DNA of 64,000 nucleotides from an uncultured bacterium (GTDB lineage Bacteria; Omnitrophota; Omnitrophia; Omnitrophales; Abzuiibacteriaceae): NCBI GenBank assembly GCA_964387845.1, contig CAYLXA010000008.1, positions 44,270 to 108,269 of the forward strand, read 5' to 3'. Shown piece by piece: positions 53,975 to 64,000 of this stretch (position 1 is its first letter; each line of letters starts with the position of its first letter). The notes under the pieces were generated by a model. It saw only the letters and a program-made list of their open reading frames with translations, ran no database searches and was not told where the DNA came from. The position numbers and the translations under genes were made by a program.

Positions 53975-54003
53975 TTGACGTGTAACCCCTGCTACCATAT
54001 AAT
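53975..54003 (+). promoter_or_regulatory. Near-consensus sigma70 promoter of gltB
   Basis: TTGACG (53975-53980), exactly 17 nt, TATAAT (53998-54003), about 70 nt upstream of the gltB start. A 9-bp inverted repeat TTGGTATTG...CAATACCAA (about 53820-53870) lies further upstream. Confidence 0.55.
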
Positions 54004-54070
54004 CTTACGCTTGCCCACCAAGCAATTCCTTACGGATTAAACAATCGGTAGGAAATAAAAGAGGGTATCA

Positions 54071-57000
54071 GTGTCGATGAAGAAAGCTTTACATCAGAAG
54101 GCGCCGAAAGCGCAAGGGCTCTACGATCCTCAGCATGAGCATGACTCATGCGGCGTCGGGTTTGTCGCGCATCTAAAGGGCCAAAAGTCACATAAAATTG
54201 TCGAGCAGGCATTGACCGTTCTCAATAATCTCCGCCACCGAGGTGCCTGCGGCTGCGAAGTCAATACGGGCGATGGCGCGGGAATCCTGATCCAACTTCC
54301 TCATAAATTTCTCAAAGCCGAATGCGAAAAGCTTAAAATCTCACTTCCCAACGAAAAAGAGTACGGCGTCGGCATGCTGTATGTCCCGAAAGACGCGGCG
54401 CAGAGAAAAGAATGTGAAAAAATCGTTGAAAAAGTCATTCAAGAAGAAGGCCAAACCTTTTTAGGCTGGCGCCCGGTTCCGACTTCAAACAAAACACTCG
54501 GGCCTACCGCCATTGCCGCAGAACCTGCCGTGACGCAAGTTTTCATCGGCCGCAAAAATATCAAAGACGATCTCGCATTCGAACGCAAACTCTACGTCAT
54601 CCGCAAACGGATTGAAAACGAAATCCGTTATTCCGGAAAAGTAAAAGGCGGCGAATATTTTTATGTTTCGAGCATTTCCTACAAGACCATGATTTACAAA
54701 GGCATGCTCATGTCGGAGCAAGTCTATGAATTCTTCCCGGACCTCGAGAACCCGCTTGTGGAATCGGCGCTCGGGCTCGTTCACTCGCGTTTCAGCACCA
54801 ACACTTTCCCGAGCTGGGACCGTGCGCATCCTTATCGTTATATTGCACACAACGGCGAAATCAATACGCTGCGCGGTAACGTCAATTGGATGCACGCGCG
54901 CCAGGCGATGTGCGAATCGGAGCTTTTTGGCGCCGACATGAAAAAAATCATGCCCGTCATCGCGCAGGATGGATCTGACTCCGCGATGTTTGACAACTGT
55001 CTCGAATTTTTGGTGCTCGGTGGTTACTCACTTCCGCATGCGGTCATGATGATGATCCCGGAGCCGTGGTCCAATCACGAAAGTATGTCGGATGAGCAGA
55101 AAGCTTTCTATGAATTTCACGCGTCCTTGATGGAGCCGTGGGACGGCCCGGCGTCGATTGCGTTTACAGATGGCGTTCAAATGGGTGCTGTGCTGGACCG
55201 TAACGGACTTCGCCCGTCGCGCTATTATGTAACGAAAGATGATTTGGTAATTATGGCTTCAGAAGTCGGCGTGCTCGAAGTCGCGCCCGAAAATGTGCTG
55301 CTAAAAGGACGTTTACAGCCGGGCCGCATGTTTTTGATTGATACCAAAGAAGGCCGGATTATTGCGGATGAAGAGCTGAAGAAAAAAATTGTTTCCGCGC
55401 ATCCTTACCGCCAGTGGCTGAATGACAATTTGGTGTCACTGGAGAAACTCCCCGAAGCGCCGCACGTGCATGAGCCGGATCACAAAACGGTGACGCAGCG
55501 CCAACAGGCCTTTGGTTATACCTTTGAAGACTTGCGGCTTTTGATGTCGCCGATGGGAAAAGACGGCGTCGAGCCCGTCGGATCGATGGGCACCGACACG
55601 CCGCTTGCGGTTCTCTCGAACAAACCCCAGCTTCTTTATAATTATTTCAAGCAGCTTTTCGCGCAAGTGACGAATCCGCCGATCGATTGCATCCGAGAAG
55701 AAATCGTGACGTCGACCGAGACCACCGTCGGCCCTGAGCGCAATTTGCTCAAGCCCGAACCCAAAAGCGCCCGCCAAATCAAATTAAAGAGTCCGGTTCT
55801 GACGAACGAAGAGTTCGAAAAACTTCGCCACATCAATCATCCGGATTTCAAATCCGTCACGCTTCCGATTTTGTATGACGCAAAGGGCGGCGGAGCTGCG
55901 CTCGAAGCTGCTTTGCAGAAAATGTACCAACTCGCAAGCCGCGCGATCAAGAATCATGCGAATTTAATTATTTTGTCAGACCGCGGCATCAATCAGGAGC
56001 ACGCCGCGATTCCCGCGCTTCTCGCGGTCTCGGGGCTTCACCATCATTTGATCCGCGAAGGCACGCGTACGAAAGTGGGCTTGATTCTGGAGTCAGGCGA
56101 GCCGCGCGAAGTGCACCATTTCGCGCTTTTGATCGGCTATGGAGCGGGCGCTATTAATCCGTATCTCGCGTTTGAAACTTTGGACGACATGATTCATCAG
56201 GGAATTTTGAAAAGCATTGACCATAAAACCGCGGTCAAGAATTACGCCAAAGCTGTCGCGAAAGGCGTTGTGAAAACGATGTCGAAGATGGGCATTTCAA
56301 CCATTCAAAGTTACCGCGGCGCGCAAATTTTCGAAGCGGTCGGCCTCAATCAAAAACTTATAGATAAATATTTCACATGGACCGCGTCACGCATTGAAGG
56401 TGCCGGCATTGAGGAAATCGCGGCCGAAGTCCTTAAGCGCCATCAGCACGCGTTTCCCGATCGTCAAACAAACGGCCAAGTTTTGGACGCGGGCGGGCAA
56501 TATCAGTGGCGCAAAGAAGGCGAGTATCATTTGTTCAATCCGGATACTGTCCACAAATTACAGATTGCAACGCGCAACAACAATTTCAAAATATTCCAGG
56601 AGTATTCCAAAGCTGTGAACGAACAATCGGAGCATTACTGCACACTGCGCGGGCTTTTGGATTTCAAGTTCGCCGAGAAGCCGGTTCCGATTGAAGAAGT
56701 CGAGTCGATTGAAGCGATCGTGAAGCGTTTCAAAACCGGCGCGATGTCCTATGGATCGATCTCGAAAGAAGCGCACGAATCTTTGGCGGTTGCGATGAAC
56801 CGGATCGGCGGCAAGAGCAATACCGGAGAAGGCGGCGAAGATCCTGCACGTTTTAAGCCGGAACCGAATGGTGATTCTAAAAATAGCGCGATCAAACAAG
56901 TTGCTTCAGGACGTTTCGGCGTCACAAGCCAATATCTTGTGATGGCGAAAGAGCTTCAAATCAAAATGGCGCAAGGCGCCAAGCCGGGCGAGGGCGGACA

Positions 57001-58684
57001 GCTTCCGGGCGGAAAAGTGTATCCGTGGATCGCGAAAGTCAGATTGTCGACTCCGGGCGTTGGTTTGATTTCACCGCCGCCGCACCACGACATTTATTCC
57101 ATCGAAGATCTTGCGGAACTTATTCATGATTTGAAAAATTCCAATCACCATGCGCGCGTGAGCGTCAAGCTCGTTTCCGAAATCGGCGTCGGCACCATTG
57201 CGGCCGGTGTCGCGAAAGCGCATGCGGACGTGGTTTTGATCAGCGGTTACGACGGCGGAACGGGCGCATCGCCGCTTTCCAGCATCAAACACGCCGGCGG
57301 TCCGTGGGAATTAGGCCTTGCCGAAACCCATCAAACACTCGTTCTCAATAATCTCCGCAGCCGCATCGCGGTTGAAACCGACGGCCAGCTAAAGACCGGC
57401 CGTGACGTTGTGGTGGCGGCCCTTTTGGGTGCCGAGGAATTTGGATTCGCGACTTCGCCGCTCGTGGCGCTTGGCTGCATCATGATGCGTGTCTGTCATT
57501 TGAATACTTGTCCGGTCGGTGTAGCGACTCAGGATCCTGAGCTTCGCAAAAAGTTTACGGGCGATCCCGCACACGTGGTGAATTTCATGCGCTTTATCGC
57601 CGAAGAAGTGCGCCAACTTATGGCGCAGCTTGGTTTCCGAACGATCAATGAAATGATCGGCCGCACAGACAAACTGAATCCGGCAAAAGCGATCAATCAC
57701 TGGAAGGCGAAGGGAATCGATCTTTCCAAAATTTTGTATCAGCCGAATGTCCCGAAAGAAATCGGCCGCTATTGCCAAATTCCGCAGGATCACGGCATTG
57801 AACAGTCTCTTGATATGACTCAACTTCTTAAAATTTGCGAGCCGGCTTTGAAGGATAAAAAGCAGGTGAAAGCAACGGTCAAAATTAAAAATGTCAACCG
57901 CGTGGTCGGCACAATCACAGGCAGCGAACTCACGCGGCGTCATGGCGCAGACGGCCTTCCGGACGGAACGATTCATCTTCATTTCCAGGGTTCAGCAGGC
58001 CAAAGCTTCGGCGCGTTTGTTCCGAAGGGAATGACGTTAGAACTTGAAGGCGATGCAAACGATTACGTCGGAAAAGGTTTATCAGGCGGTAAAATCATTA
58101 TTTATCCGCCGAAGAATTCTACATTTAAGCCGGAAGAAAATATCATCATCGGAAACGTCGCGTTTTATGGCGCGACAAGCGGTGAAGCGTATATCCGCGG
58201 CATGGCGGGCGAGCGTTTCTGTGTCAGAAATAGCGGCGTGAATACCGTTGTGGAATCCGTCGGCGATCACGGCTGCGAATACATGACGGGCGGACGCGTG
58301 GTTGTGTTGGGATCCACAGGGCGCAATTTCGCGGCCGGCATGTCGGGCGGCATTGCTTATATTCTCGACGTGAAAGGCGATTTTGCCACAAAGTGCAACA
58401 AACAAATGGTGGAACTTGAAAAGTTGGATCAAAAAATAGAAATTGACGATGTCCGCGACATGATCGAGAAACATGTGAAGTATACGGGCAGCGAACTCGG
58501 CAAAAATATTCTCAATTTATGGAATGAAATGGCGCCAAAATTTGTGAAAGTGATTCCAAAGGACTATAAACGCGTGCTTCAAGCGATGGAGCGTGTCGCG
58601 AAGCAAGGCTTGAGCGGCGATGAGGCCATTATGGCAGCGTTTGAAGCCAACGCGCGCGACGTTTCAAGGGTCGGCGGTAACTAA
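54071..58684 (+). CDS. gltB: Glutamate synthase large subunit
   Basis: N-terminal amidotransferase CGVGFVAH (Cys-1 after processing), FMN/Fe-S domain, C-terminal GXGXG-rich domain. 1537 aa. Start GTG 54071 or ATG 54077. Confidence 0.95.
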   Translation: MSMKKALHQKAPKAQGLYDPQHEHDSCGVGFVAHLKGQKSHKIVEQALTVLNNLRHRGACGCEVNTGDGAGILIQLPHKFLKAECEKLKISLPNEKEYGVGMLYVPKDAAQRKECEKIVEKVIQEEGQTFLGWRPVPTSNKTLGPTAIAAEPAVTQVFIGRKNIKDDLAFERKLYVIRKRIENEIRYSGKVKGGEYFYVSSISYKTMIYKGMLMSEQVYEFFPDLENPLVESALGLVHSRFSTNTFPSWDRAHPYRYIAHNGEINTLRGNVNWMHARQAMCESELFGADMKKIMPVIAQDGSDSAMFDNCLEFLVLGGYSLPHAVMMMIPEPWSNHESMSDEQKAFYEFHASLMEPWDGPASIAFTDGVQMGAVLDRNGLRPSRYYVTKDDLVIMASEVGVLEVAPENVLLKGRLQPGRMFLIDTKEGRIIADEELKKKIVSAHPYRQWLNDNLVSLEKLPEAPHVHEPDHKTVTQRQQAFGYTFEDLRLLMSPMGKDGVEPVGSMGTDTPLAVLSNKPQLLYNYFKQLFAQVTNPPIDCIREEIVTSTETTVGPERNLLKPEPKSARQIKLKSPVLTNEEFEKLRHINHPDFKSVTLPILYDAKGGGAALEAALQKMYQLASRAIKNHANLIILSDRGINQEHAAIPALLAVSGLHHHLIREGTRTKVGLILESGEPREVHHFALLIGYGAGAINPYLAFETLDDMIHQGILKSIDHKTAVKNYAKAVAKGVVKTMSKMGISTIQSYRGAQIFEAVGLNQKLIDKYFTWTASRIEGAGIEEIAAEVLKRHQHAFPDRQTNGQVLDAGGQYQWRKEGEYHLFNPDTVHKLQIATRNNNFKIFQEYSKAVNEQSEHYCTLRGLLDFKFAEKPVPIEEVESIEAIVKRFKTGAMSYGSISKEAHESLAVAMNRIGGKSNTGEGGEDPARFKPEPNGDSKNSAIKQVASGRFGVTSQYLVMAKELQIKMAQGAKPGEGGQLPGGKVYPWIAKVRLSTPGVGLISPPPHHDIYSIEDLAELIHDLKNSNHHARVSVKLVSEIGVGTIAAGVAKAHADVVLISGYDGGTGASPLSSIKHAGGPWELGLAETHQTLVLNNLRSRIAVETDGQLKTGRDVVVAALLGAEEFGFATSPLVALGCIMMRVCHLNTCPVGVATQDPELRKKFTGDPAHVVNFMRFIAEEVRQLMAQLGFRTINEMIGRTDKLNPAKAINHWKAKGIDLSKILYQPNVPKEIGRYCQIPQDHGIEQSLDMTQLLKICEPALKDKKQVKATVKIKNVNRVVGTITGSELTRRHGADGLPDGTIHLHFQGSAGQSFGAFVPKGMTLELEGDANDYVGKGLSGGKIIIYPPKNSTFKPEENIIIGNVAFYGATSGEAYIRGMAGERFCVRNSGVNTVVESVGDHGCEYMTGGRVVVLGSTGRNFAAGMSGGIAYILDVKGDFATKCNKQMVELEKLDQKIEIDDVRDMIEKHVKYTGSELGKNILNLWNEMAPKFVKVIPKDYKRVLQAMERVAKQGLSGDEAIMAAFEANARDVSRVGGN

Positions 58685-58726
58685 TTAAATTCAAATTTCA
58701 AATATCAAAATTCAAAATAAATTCAA

Positions 58727-59101
58727 ATGATTGAAATTCAAATTCCAAAAACTGAAAGAAAATTTGATCTAGAAGAAAGAACATTAGATTTTGCCAAGTC
58801 CGTTAGAAATTTTATTAAAGATTTGCCCAAAACGTTGGCTATTCTCGAAGATGGAAAACAATTAATCCGCTCATCTGGATCAGTTGGTGCAAATTACATT
58901 GAAGCTAATAATTGCCTAGGAAAGAAAGATTTTCTGATGCGAATCAGAATTTGCCGTAAAGAAGCAAAAGAGTCCCGGTATTGGCTCAATTTAATTGATG
59001 TTGATTCTGATTTTGAACTCATGGAACAGAAAGGCAATCTGATTCAAGAATCAACCGAACTGATTAAAATCTTTGGGTCGATTGTTGTTAAATCCGAATA
59101 G
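58727..59101 (+). CDS. Four-helix-bundle protein (TIGR02436, 23S rRNA intervening-sequence protein family) inserted between gltB and gltD
   Basis: SSGSVGANYIEANNCLGKKDFLMRIRICRKEAKESRYWL is the family signature. It is flanked by AT-rich imperfect inverted repeats (58685-58726 versus 59102-59180). Confidence 0.8.
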   Translation: MIEIQIPKTERKFDLEERTLDFAKSVRNFIKDLPKTLAILEDGKQLIRSSGSVGANYIEANNCLGKKDFLMRIRICRKEAKESRYWLNLIDVDSDFELMEQKGNLIQESTELIKIFGSIVVKSE

Positions 59102-59180
59102 AATGTTTTGAATTTATCTTTCTTAAAAATTAGAATTTGTTTTGTATTTTGATATTTGGATTTTAAATTTGGAGTAAAAC

Positions 59181-60662
59181 GTGGGAAAACCGACTGGATT
59201 CAAAGAAATAGCACGGGAACTTCCGAAAGATCGTTCTCCTAAGGAACGCATCAAGGATTGGCAGGAATTCCATGAGCACATGCCGGAAGACAAGCTTCAG
59301 GCACAAGGTGCACGCTGTATGGATTGCGGAATTCCGTTTTGCCACACAGGCAGCATCGTGGCCGGCATGGCGTCCGGATGCCCGGTCAACAATTTGATCC
59401 CCGAATGGAACGACCTCGTTTATCGCGGCCTTTGGCGGGAAGCCTTAGACCGTCTTCATAAAACCAACAATTTCCCCGAATTTACGGGCCGTGTTTGCCC
59501 GGCGCCGTGTGAAGGTTCCTGCGTTCTCGGAATCAGCGAGCCGGCTGTTACCATTAAAAATATTGAATGCTCCATTATCGATAAAGGATTTGACGAAGGC
59601 TGGGTCGTCGCAGAACCCCCGGCAGTTCATACCGGAAAAAAAGTCGCGATCGTAGGATCTGGCCCTGCAGGACTCGCAGCTGCTGCACAGCTGAACAAAG
59701 CCGGCCATACTGTGACCGTTTATGAGCGCGCAGACAGAATCGGCGGGCTTTTGATGTACGGGATTCCCAATATGAAGCTCGATAAAGAAGTGGTCCAACG
59801 CCGCGTGAATTTGATGGCGAAAGAAGGCGTCAAATTTGTGACCAATACCGAAATCGGAAAAACAATTCCGGCCGATCAGCTCAAAAAAGAATTTGATGCG
59901 ATCTTGCTAGCGGGCGGTGCTACGAAGCCGCGTGACCTTCCGATTGAAGGCCGCCAGCTCAAGGGCATTCATTTTGCGATGGAATTTTTGCATGCCAATA
60001 CAAAAAGCCTTTTGGATAAGCACAAAAACGGCAATTTTATTTCTGCAGCCAATAAAGATGTGATCGTGATCGGCGGCGGCGATACCGGAACGGATTGCGT
60101 CGGCACTTCAATGCGCCACGGCTGCAAGAGTTTGATCCAGCTTGAAATTTTGCCGAAGCCGCCCGAGTCAAGAGCCCCCGATAATCCTTGGCCGCAGTGG
60201 CCGAAGGTTTACAAATTAGATTACGGCCAGGAAGAAGCGGCTGCGCTTTTCGGTGCCGATCCGCGTCAATATTTGGTCACTGCCAAAAAGTTTGAAGACG
60301 ACGGAAAAGGCAATGTGAAAGCCATTCACATCGTTAGAATTGAATGGGCAAAGAACGAAAAAGGCCAATTTATCCCGAAAGAAATTGCCGGATCCGAAAA
60401 AGTGCTTCCCGCACAGCTTGTGCTGCTCGCGATGGGTTTTCTAGGGCCGGAAGACACCGTTCTCGGTCAATTGGGCGTTGAGCGTGATGAACGTTCGAAT
60501 GCGAAAGCCGAATACGGAAAATATGCAACAAATGTGAAAGGCGTATTTGCGGCAGGTGATATGCGCCGCGGGCAAAGCCTTGTGGTGTGGGCCATCAATG
60601 AAGGCCGCGGCGCTGCCCGCGCGGTCGATCAATTCTTGATGGGCTACACAAACCTTCCTTAA
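59181..60662 (+). CDS. gltD: Glutamate synthase small subunit (NAD(P)H-dependent)
   Basis: [10 protein letters not shown], Fe-S cysteines CMDCGIPFC / [21 protein letters not shown] motifs [14 protein letters not shown] and [16 protein letters not shown] start with RBS GGAGTAAAAC. Confidence 0.9.
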   Translation: MGKPTGFKEIARELPKDRSPKERIKDWQEFHEHMPEDKLQAQGARCMDCGIPFCHTGSIVAGMASGCPVNNLIPEWNDLVYRGLWREALDRLHKTNNFPEFTGRVCPAPCEGSCVLGISEPAVTIKNIECSIIDKGFDEGWVVAEPPAVHTGKKVAIVGSGPAGLAAAAQLNKAGHTVTVYERADRIGGLLMYGIPNMKLDKEVVQRRVNLMAKEGVKFVTNTEIGKTIPADQLKKEFDAILLAGGATKPRDLPIEGRQLKGIHFAMEFLHANTKSLLDKHKNGNFISAANKDVIVIGGGDTGTDCVGTSMRHGCKSLIQLEILPKPPESRAPDNPWPQWPKVYKLDYGQEEAAALFGADPRQYLVTAKKFEDDGKGNVKAIHIVRIEWAKNEKGQFIPKEIAGSEKVLPAQLVLLAMGFLGPEDTVLGQLGVERDERSNAKAEYGKYATNVKGVFAAGDMRRGQSLVVWAINEGRGAARAVDQFLMGYTNLP

Positions 60663-60673
60663 GAAACTTTCAA

Positions 60674-60991
60674 TTAAACTGCCAGAACACCGTGTTCGCG
60701 GGTCCTGATGCGAACCAAGTCTTCAATCTCGTAAACCGCGATTTTGCCGTCTCCGAGGCTTCCGGTTTTACAAACCTGGACGATGATATCAATGATGTTA
60801 TCCAACGAATCGTCGTTGCAGTAGATTTCGATCTTGGTTTTTGGCAGAAACAAATAAGGTTCAGGCCTGGTTTGTTCATTCCCAAAACCTTTTACTTCAC
60901 TGGCAGTCATTCCGCTGATTCCCGCTGATCTCAAAGCTTCTACCAAAGGCAAAAATTTCTTATTTTGTATGATGGCTTCGATTTTTTTCAC
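60674..60991 (-). CDS. glnB: P-II family nitrogen regulatory protein
   Basis: MKKIEAIIQ...GISGMTASEVKGFG...KIEIYC...GKIAVYEIEDLVRIRT parallels GlnB/GlnK. The T-loop region is divergent. Convergent with gltD. Confidence 0.75.
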   Translation of the reverse strand: MKKIEAIIQNKKFLPLVEALRSAGISGMTASEVKGFGNEQTRPEPYLFLPKTKIEIYCNDDSLDNIIDIIVQVCKTGSLGDGKIAVYEIEDLVRIRTREHGVLAV

Positions 60992-61196
60992 GTGCGCTGC
61001 TCCTTTTCAAGAAAAGCTAGAAAGCAAGTATCATGCCATAAATTTAAAAATCAAAAGCCATCTGAAACCTGCATTCCGGCATGAATTTTGCCGTACAATT
61101 TCGTCGCTTCAGCAACTTTTTTGAAGCTTGAAGCGGGCCGGAATATCAGTAGACTATTGCAAGCTTATATACACCCTCGACGCTGAAGGAGGCCTC

Positions 61197-61628
61197 ATGA
61201 AAGTCAAAGACATCTTACAAGCCAAGGGTTTGAAGGTGTGGTCAATCAAGGAAAAGGAAAACATTGAGTCTGCTGTAAAGACTTTGGTTGAGCAGAAGAT
61301 TGGTGCTTTATTGGTGATTAACGATAAAAATGATATCGTCGGAATCATTACTGAGCGCGATATCATGAGAGCGCTTCACCAATATGGTGAAAAGCTGCCC
61401 AAAACGCTGGTTTCGAAAGCAATGACCGAGAAAGTGATTATCGGAACGCCAGAAGACGAGCTGGAATATATCATGAATGTCATGACCTACAACCGCGTCA
61501 GGCATATTCCCGTCATGGAAGATAAACATATACACGGCATGGTTTCGATCGGTGACGTGGTGAAAGCCCAGCTCCGCGATTCGCAAGCCCAGATTAAATA
61601 TCTCAAGGATTACATGCAGGGAAGCTGA
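61197..61628 (+). CDS. CBS domain pair protein
   Basis: Two CBS motifs (VKDIL...ALLVIND..DIVGIITERDI ; VRHIPVMEDKHIHGMVSIGDV). RBS GAAGGAGG. The ORF opens at 61128. Confidence 0.75.
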   Translation: MKVKDILQAKGLKVWSIKEKENIESAVKTLVEQKIGALLVINDKNDIVGIITERDIMRALHQYGEKLPKTLVSKAMTEKVIIGTPEDELEYIMNVMTYNRVRHIPVMEDKHIHGMVSIGDVVKAQLRDSQAQIKYLKDYMQGS

Positions 61629-61693
61629 TGCGAGCTTCAAGTCTCAGGCTACAAGCTTCAAGCCTGACGCTTGCAGCTTGTAGCTTGAAGCAA

Positions 61694-61933
61694 ATGGATC
61701 AAGACAAGCAGAAGAAGTGGTACCACAACCTCTGGTTTATCATCGTGATGCTTTTGACGATCGGCCCTTTCGCATTTCCGCTGCTTTGGAAAAGCCCCAA
61801 CATTAGCCGTTCTCTTAAATGGATATTGACCATTCTTTTTGTGATTCTCACGATCGCCGCAATTTGGCTTTCAATCGAAACCGGCAAAGCGGTTTGGAAA
61901 GAAGTTGAATCGCTGCGCGGCGTCCTCTATTAA
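61694..61933 (+). CDS. Small two-TM hypothetical membrane protein
   Basis: MDQDKQKKWYHNLWFIIVMLLTIGPFAFPLLW...ILFVILTIAAIWL. The upstream part of the ORF is made of AGCTTGAAGC-type palindromic repeats, so the start is uncertain. Confidence 0.35.
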   Translation: MDQDKQKKWYHNLWFIIVMLLTIGPFAFPLLWKSPNISRSLKWILTILFVILTIAAIWLSIETGKAVWKEVESLRGVLY

Positions 61934-61936
61934 TCC

Positions 61937-63136
61937 ATGCAAATCAAAGACCAAGTTTTGCTTACGATCGAATCCATGACATTGTCCGGCGAGGGCGTCG
62001 CCCGGCTTGACGGTTTGGTTGTTTTTGTGGACGGGGCACTTCGGGGTGAAAAAGTCAGTGCTGAAATTACGAAAGTTGAGCACAATCTAGCCCGCGCGAA
62101 GACAGTTGAAATTATTGAACCGTCGCCCAACCGTGTAAAGCCCGCATGCACCTATTTTGACGAATGCGGCGGATGTGTTTTCCAGCATTTAAGTTATGAG
62201 CAGCAGCTTATTGAAAAGCAAGAAGCGCTCGTGGGCATGTTCCAGCATCTTGGGAAATTAGGCGAAATATCGGTTCAACCGGCAATTCCATCTCCTAAAA
62301 AATATCATTACCGGAATACCGTTGCGATGAGCGTTCGCCATCAGCACGACCGGCCTTATTTGGGATTTGTCCGCAAAGACGGACGTTCCTTTATTCCGAT
62401 CGATGAATGCCCGATTGCCGATGAAAAAATAAACGCCCTGCTCCCCGGAGTTTTGAAGAAATTCAAAGAGACAGTTCCGGCTCAGAAACGTTACCGGACC
62501 AGCCAAATTGTTATCCGCGTGGGAACGGATGACAGTTTTTATACTTCGATCAAGAGCGATTCAGCCAATATTTTAAGAGCCAAAGTTTTTGATAAAACCT
62601 TTGAATATACCGGGTCCTCATTTTTTCAGGTTAATTATTCCATTCTTGAAGCGATGGTTACAACCGTGCGTCAATTTCTAAAACCTGAGCCGGGCGCGCA
62701 TTTAATTGATTTGTATTGCGGCTCGGGCTTGTTTGCGCTTTCGCTTGCTTCCGAATATGAAAGCGTGGTCGGAATCGAAGAAGGGCAGGAAGCTATTTTG
62801 CTTGCGAGACGGAATGCAGAAAAGATGGGCGTCAAAAACGTTGATTTTCTCGAAGGCAAAGCCGAGCGATTGGTTGAAACAGTCAAAAACCCGGACGCCA
62901 GGAAACTTCATGTTGTGATCGATCCGCCGCGCGTGGGTTTACGGAAAGAAGTAATCGAGTTTTTACTGAAGCTGGGGAGCGTCGAAAAATTGGTGTATGT
63001 GTCGTGCAATCCGGCAACCATGATCCGGGATTTAAGCGATTTATCCGTGCGTTTTCGGGTTTTAAAGGTTCAGCCGATTGATTTATTCCCTCAGACCCGT
63101 CATTTAGAGACCATCGTACTGCTCGAGCCAAAATGA
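61937..63136 (+). CDS. rlmD: 23S rRNA (uracil-C5)-methyltransferase RlmD/RumA family (TRAM + SAM-MTase)
   Basis: N-terminal TRAM (LTIESMTLSGEGVARLDGLVVFVDGALRGEKV), Fe-S cysteines CTYFDECGGC, MTase motifs DLYCGSGLFAL, VIDPPRVG, YVSCNPAT. Confidence 0.85.
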   Translation: MQIKDQVLLTIESMTLSGEGVARLDGLVVFVDGALRGEKVSAEITKVEHNLARAKTVEIIEPSPNRVKPACTYFDECGGCVFQHLSYEQQLIEKQEALVGMFQHLGKLGEISVQPAIPSPKKYHYRNTVAMSVRHQHDRPYLGFVRKDGRSFIPIDECPIADEKINALLPGVLKKFKETVPAQKRYRTSQIVIRVGTDDSFYTSIKSDSANILRAKVFDKTFEYTGSSFFQVNYSILEAMVTTVRQFLKPEPGAHLIDLYCGSGLFALSLASEYESVVGIEEGQEAILLARRNAEKMGVKNVDFLEGKAERLVETVKNPDARKLHVVIDPPRVGLRKEVIEFLLKLGSVEKLVYVSCNPATMIRDLSDLSVRFRVLKVQPIDLFPQTRHLETIVLLEPK

Positions 63137-63347
63137 AGAATAAATGCCTCTTGGCCGACAATTTTAAGAGTTTTTGAGCGCAAATCAGGCTTTGTTTTCA
63201 TCTGCTCCTGACATTTTAAATTTGAAAAATAAGTCGCGGGAGCCGGTTTTATTTCTTTATCTGTTTATTTGCAATCGTAAGAATCGCAATGATACCCTTT
63301 AAGTAGGGCAAATCTGCATATTAACCTTCAACCCAAGAGGTGCCCAA

Positions 63348-63794
63348 ATGCAGGCGTTGGAAAGGATTGTAAAGAAGCGACGTGAGTTAAAAAGCCAAAA
63401 CCGTCAAAAGGGATTCACGCTGGTGGAATTCCTCATGAGCTTAACCATTGCAATGCTGGTTTTGGGCGGTATGATTATCGCGCTTCTTTACATGGCACTT
63501 GTCAGCACCGAATCCAAAAGAGAAGCCCAAGTTTTTCAAGACGTTCAGCTTACCATGGAACGGGTTTCAGGTACTGCTTTAACCAATCTCAACATTCAAT
63601 TTCCTCATAATCAAGCACTGACCAGCACATTTGTTTCCAACGTTTTAGGCGGTTATAAGATTCCCGGAGAATCCATCGTGATAACTTATCCGGGCGGCAC
63701 GGCCACTAACCCTAGAGAAGTTGTGGTCACCGGGTCTTGGCCGGAGCGCGGGTCTGCTAGAACTATTTCACTTCGGACTTATATCAGGGGGTAA
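63348..63794 (+). CDS. Prepilin-type N-terminal cleavage/methylation domain protein (type IV pilin/pseudopilin-like)
   Basis: QKGFTLVEFLMSLTIAMLVLG: class III signal peptide with G-F cleavage site and Glu+5. Confidence 0.7.
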   Translation: MQALERIVKKRRELKSQNRQKGFTLVEFLMSLTIAMLVLGGMIIALLYMALVSTESKREAQVFQDVQLTMERVSGTALTNLNIQFPHNQALTSTFVSNVLGGYKIPGESIVITYPGGTATNPREVVVTGSWPERGSARTISLRTYIRG

Positions 63795-63796
63795 CG

Positions 63797-64000
63797 ATGC
63801 GGTTAGCGAAGGATAATCAACGCGGATTTTCACTGCTGGAGCTTTTGTTCGTAGCGGCTTTGACCGTATTGCTTGCTTTGCTGATAGGCCTTCTGTTTCA
63901 AAAGGGGCAGCACTTATTTGATGTCGATGCGGCGCAATCTTCCATTCAAAGAAATGCAAGGCGCGCGCTCCAGTCTGTGACGGTTGCGCTCAGAAAAGCA
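63797..64000 (+). CDS. Prepilin-type N-terminal domain protein, 3'-truncated at window end
   Basis: MRLAKDNQRGFSLLELLFVAALTVLLALL: G-F cleavage site and Glu+5. Runs off the window. Confidence 0.55.
   Translation, partial: MRLAKDNQRGFSLLELLFVAALTVLLALLIGLLFQKGQHLFDVDAAQSSIQRNARRALQSVTVALRKA

Noticed and set aside
58685-59180. CRISPR-like short AT-rich repeats (TTCAAAT units)
   Set aside because: The units are irregular in length and spacing with no uniform repeat or spacer architecture and no cas genes. They are better explained as inverted flanks of the 4HB insert.

Overview
This 64 kb window is a gene-dense bacterial chromosomal segment of about 47-50 % GC. It carries Gram-negative hallmarks: a tolC-macA-macB efflux operon, an outer-membrane beta-barrel candidate and type IV pilin-like genes. 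Compact overlapping genes and non-ATG starts suggest an uncultivated lineage. Assigning it to an Omnitrophota-like group is inference from the giant gene only.

The housekeeping content is clear. There is a Bacillus-style heme cluster of hemX-like, hemA, hemC, cobA/hemD and hemB, with hemL about 22 kb further on. There is an fchA-like gene next to folD, panB, acs, ispH, and gltB-gltD with a convergent P-II gene. There are transporters (APC, MarC, TauE, TerC, CstA, BI-1), a GT2 glycosyltransferase, an RlmD-like methyltransferase, and a block of two sensor kinases and four receiver proteins.

The main find is a 15.5 kb single ORF (23447-38992, 5181 aa). It encodes a signal peptide, several transmembrane clusters and a mosaic of unrelated domains. 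I recognise a TrmB-like methyltransferase, a second small-domain (MTS-type) methyltransferase, a protein-L-isoaspartate O-methyltransferase, an M23 metallopeptidase, an RNA polymerase alpha-CTD-like helix-hairpin-helix, three HTH modules, and about six FY(N/D)xxGxLL beta-repeats.

About 18 copies of a short linker motif, [RK]-S-E-L-R, separate these modules. Its synonymous codons vary, so the conservation is at the protein level. The same motif occurs twice in a second large low-GC secreted or membrane protein (48732-53426, 1564 aa) and nowhere else in the window. This looks like an undescribed polyprotein or multi-effector system with a dedicated linker, cleavage or recognition motif.

Other notable elements:
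- Two families of small palindromic repeats. One is inserted in-frame into macB and a histidine kinase. The other flanks a GIY-YIG gene.
- A roughly 250 nt structured intergenic element with perfect 16 bp terminal inverted repeats upstream of acs.
- A four-helix-bundle (rRNA intervening-sequence-type) ORF inserted between gltB and gltD.

I found no rRNA, tRNA or CRISPR array.
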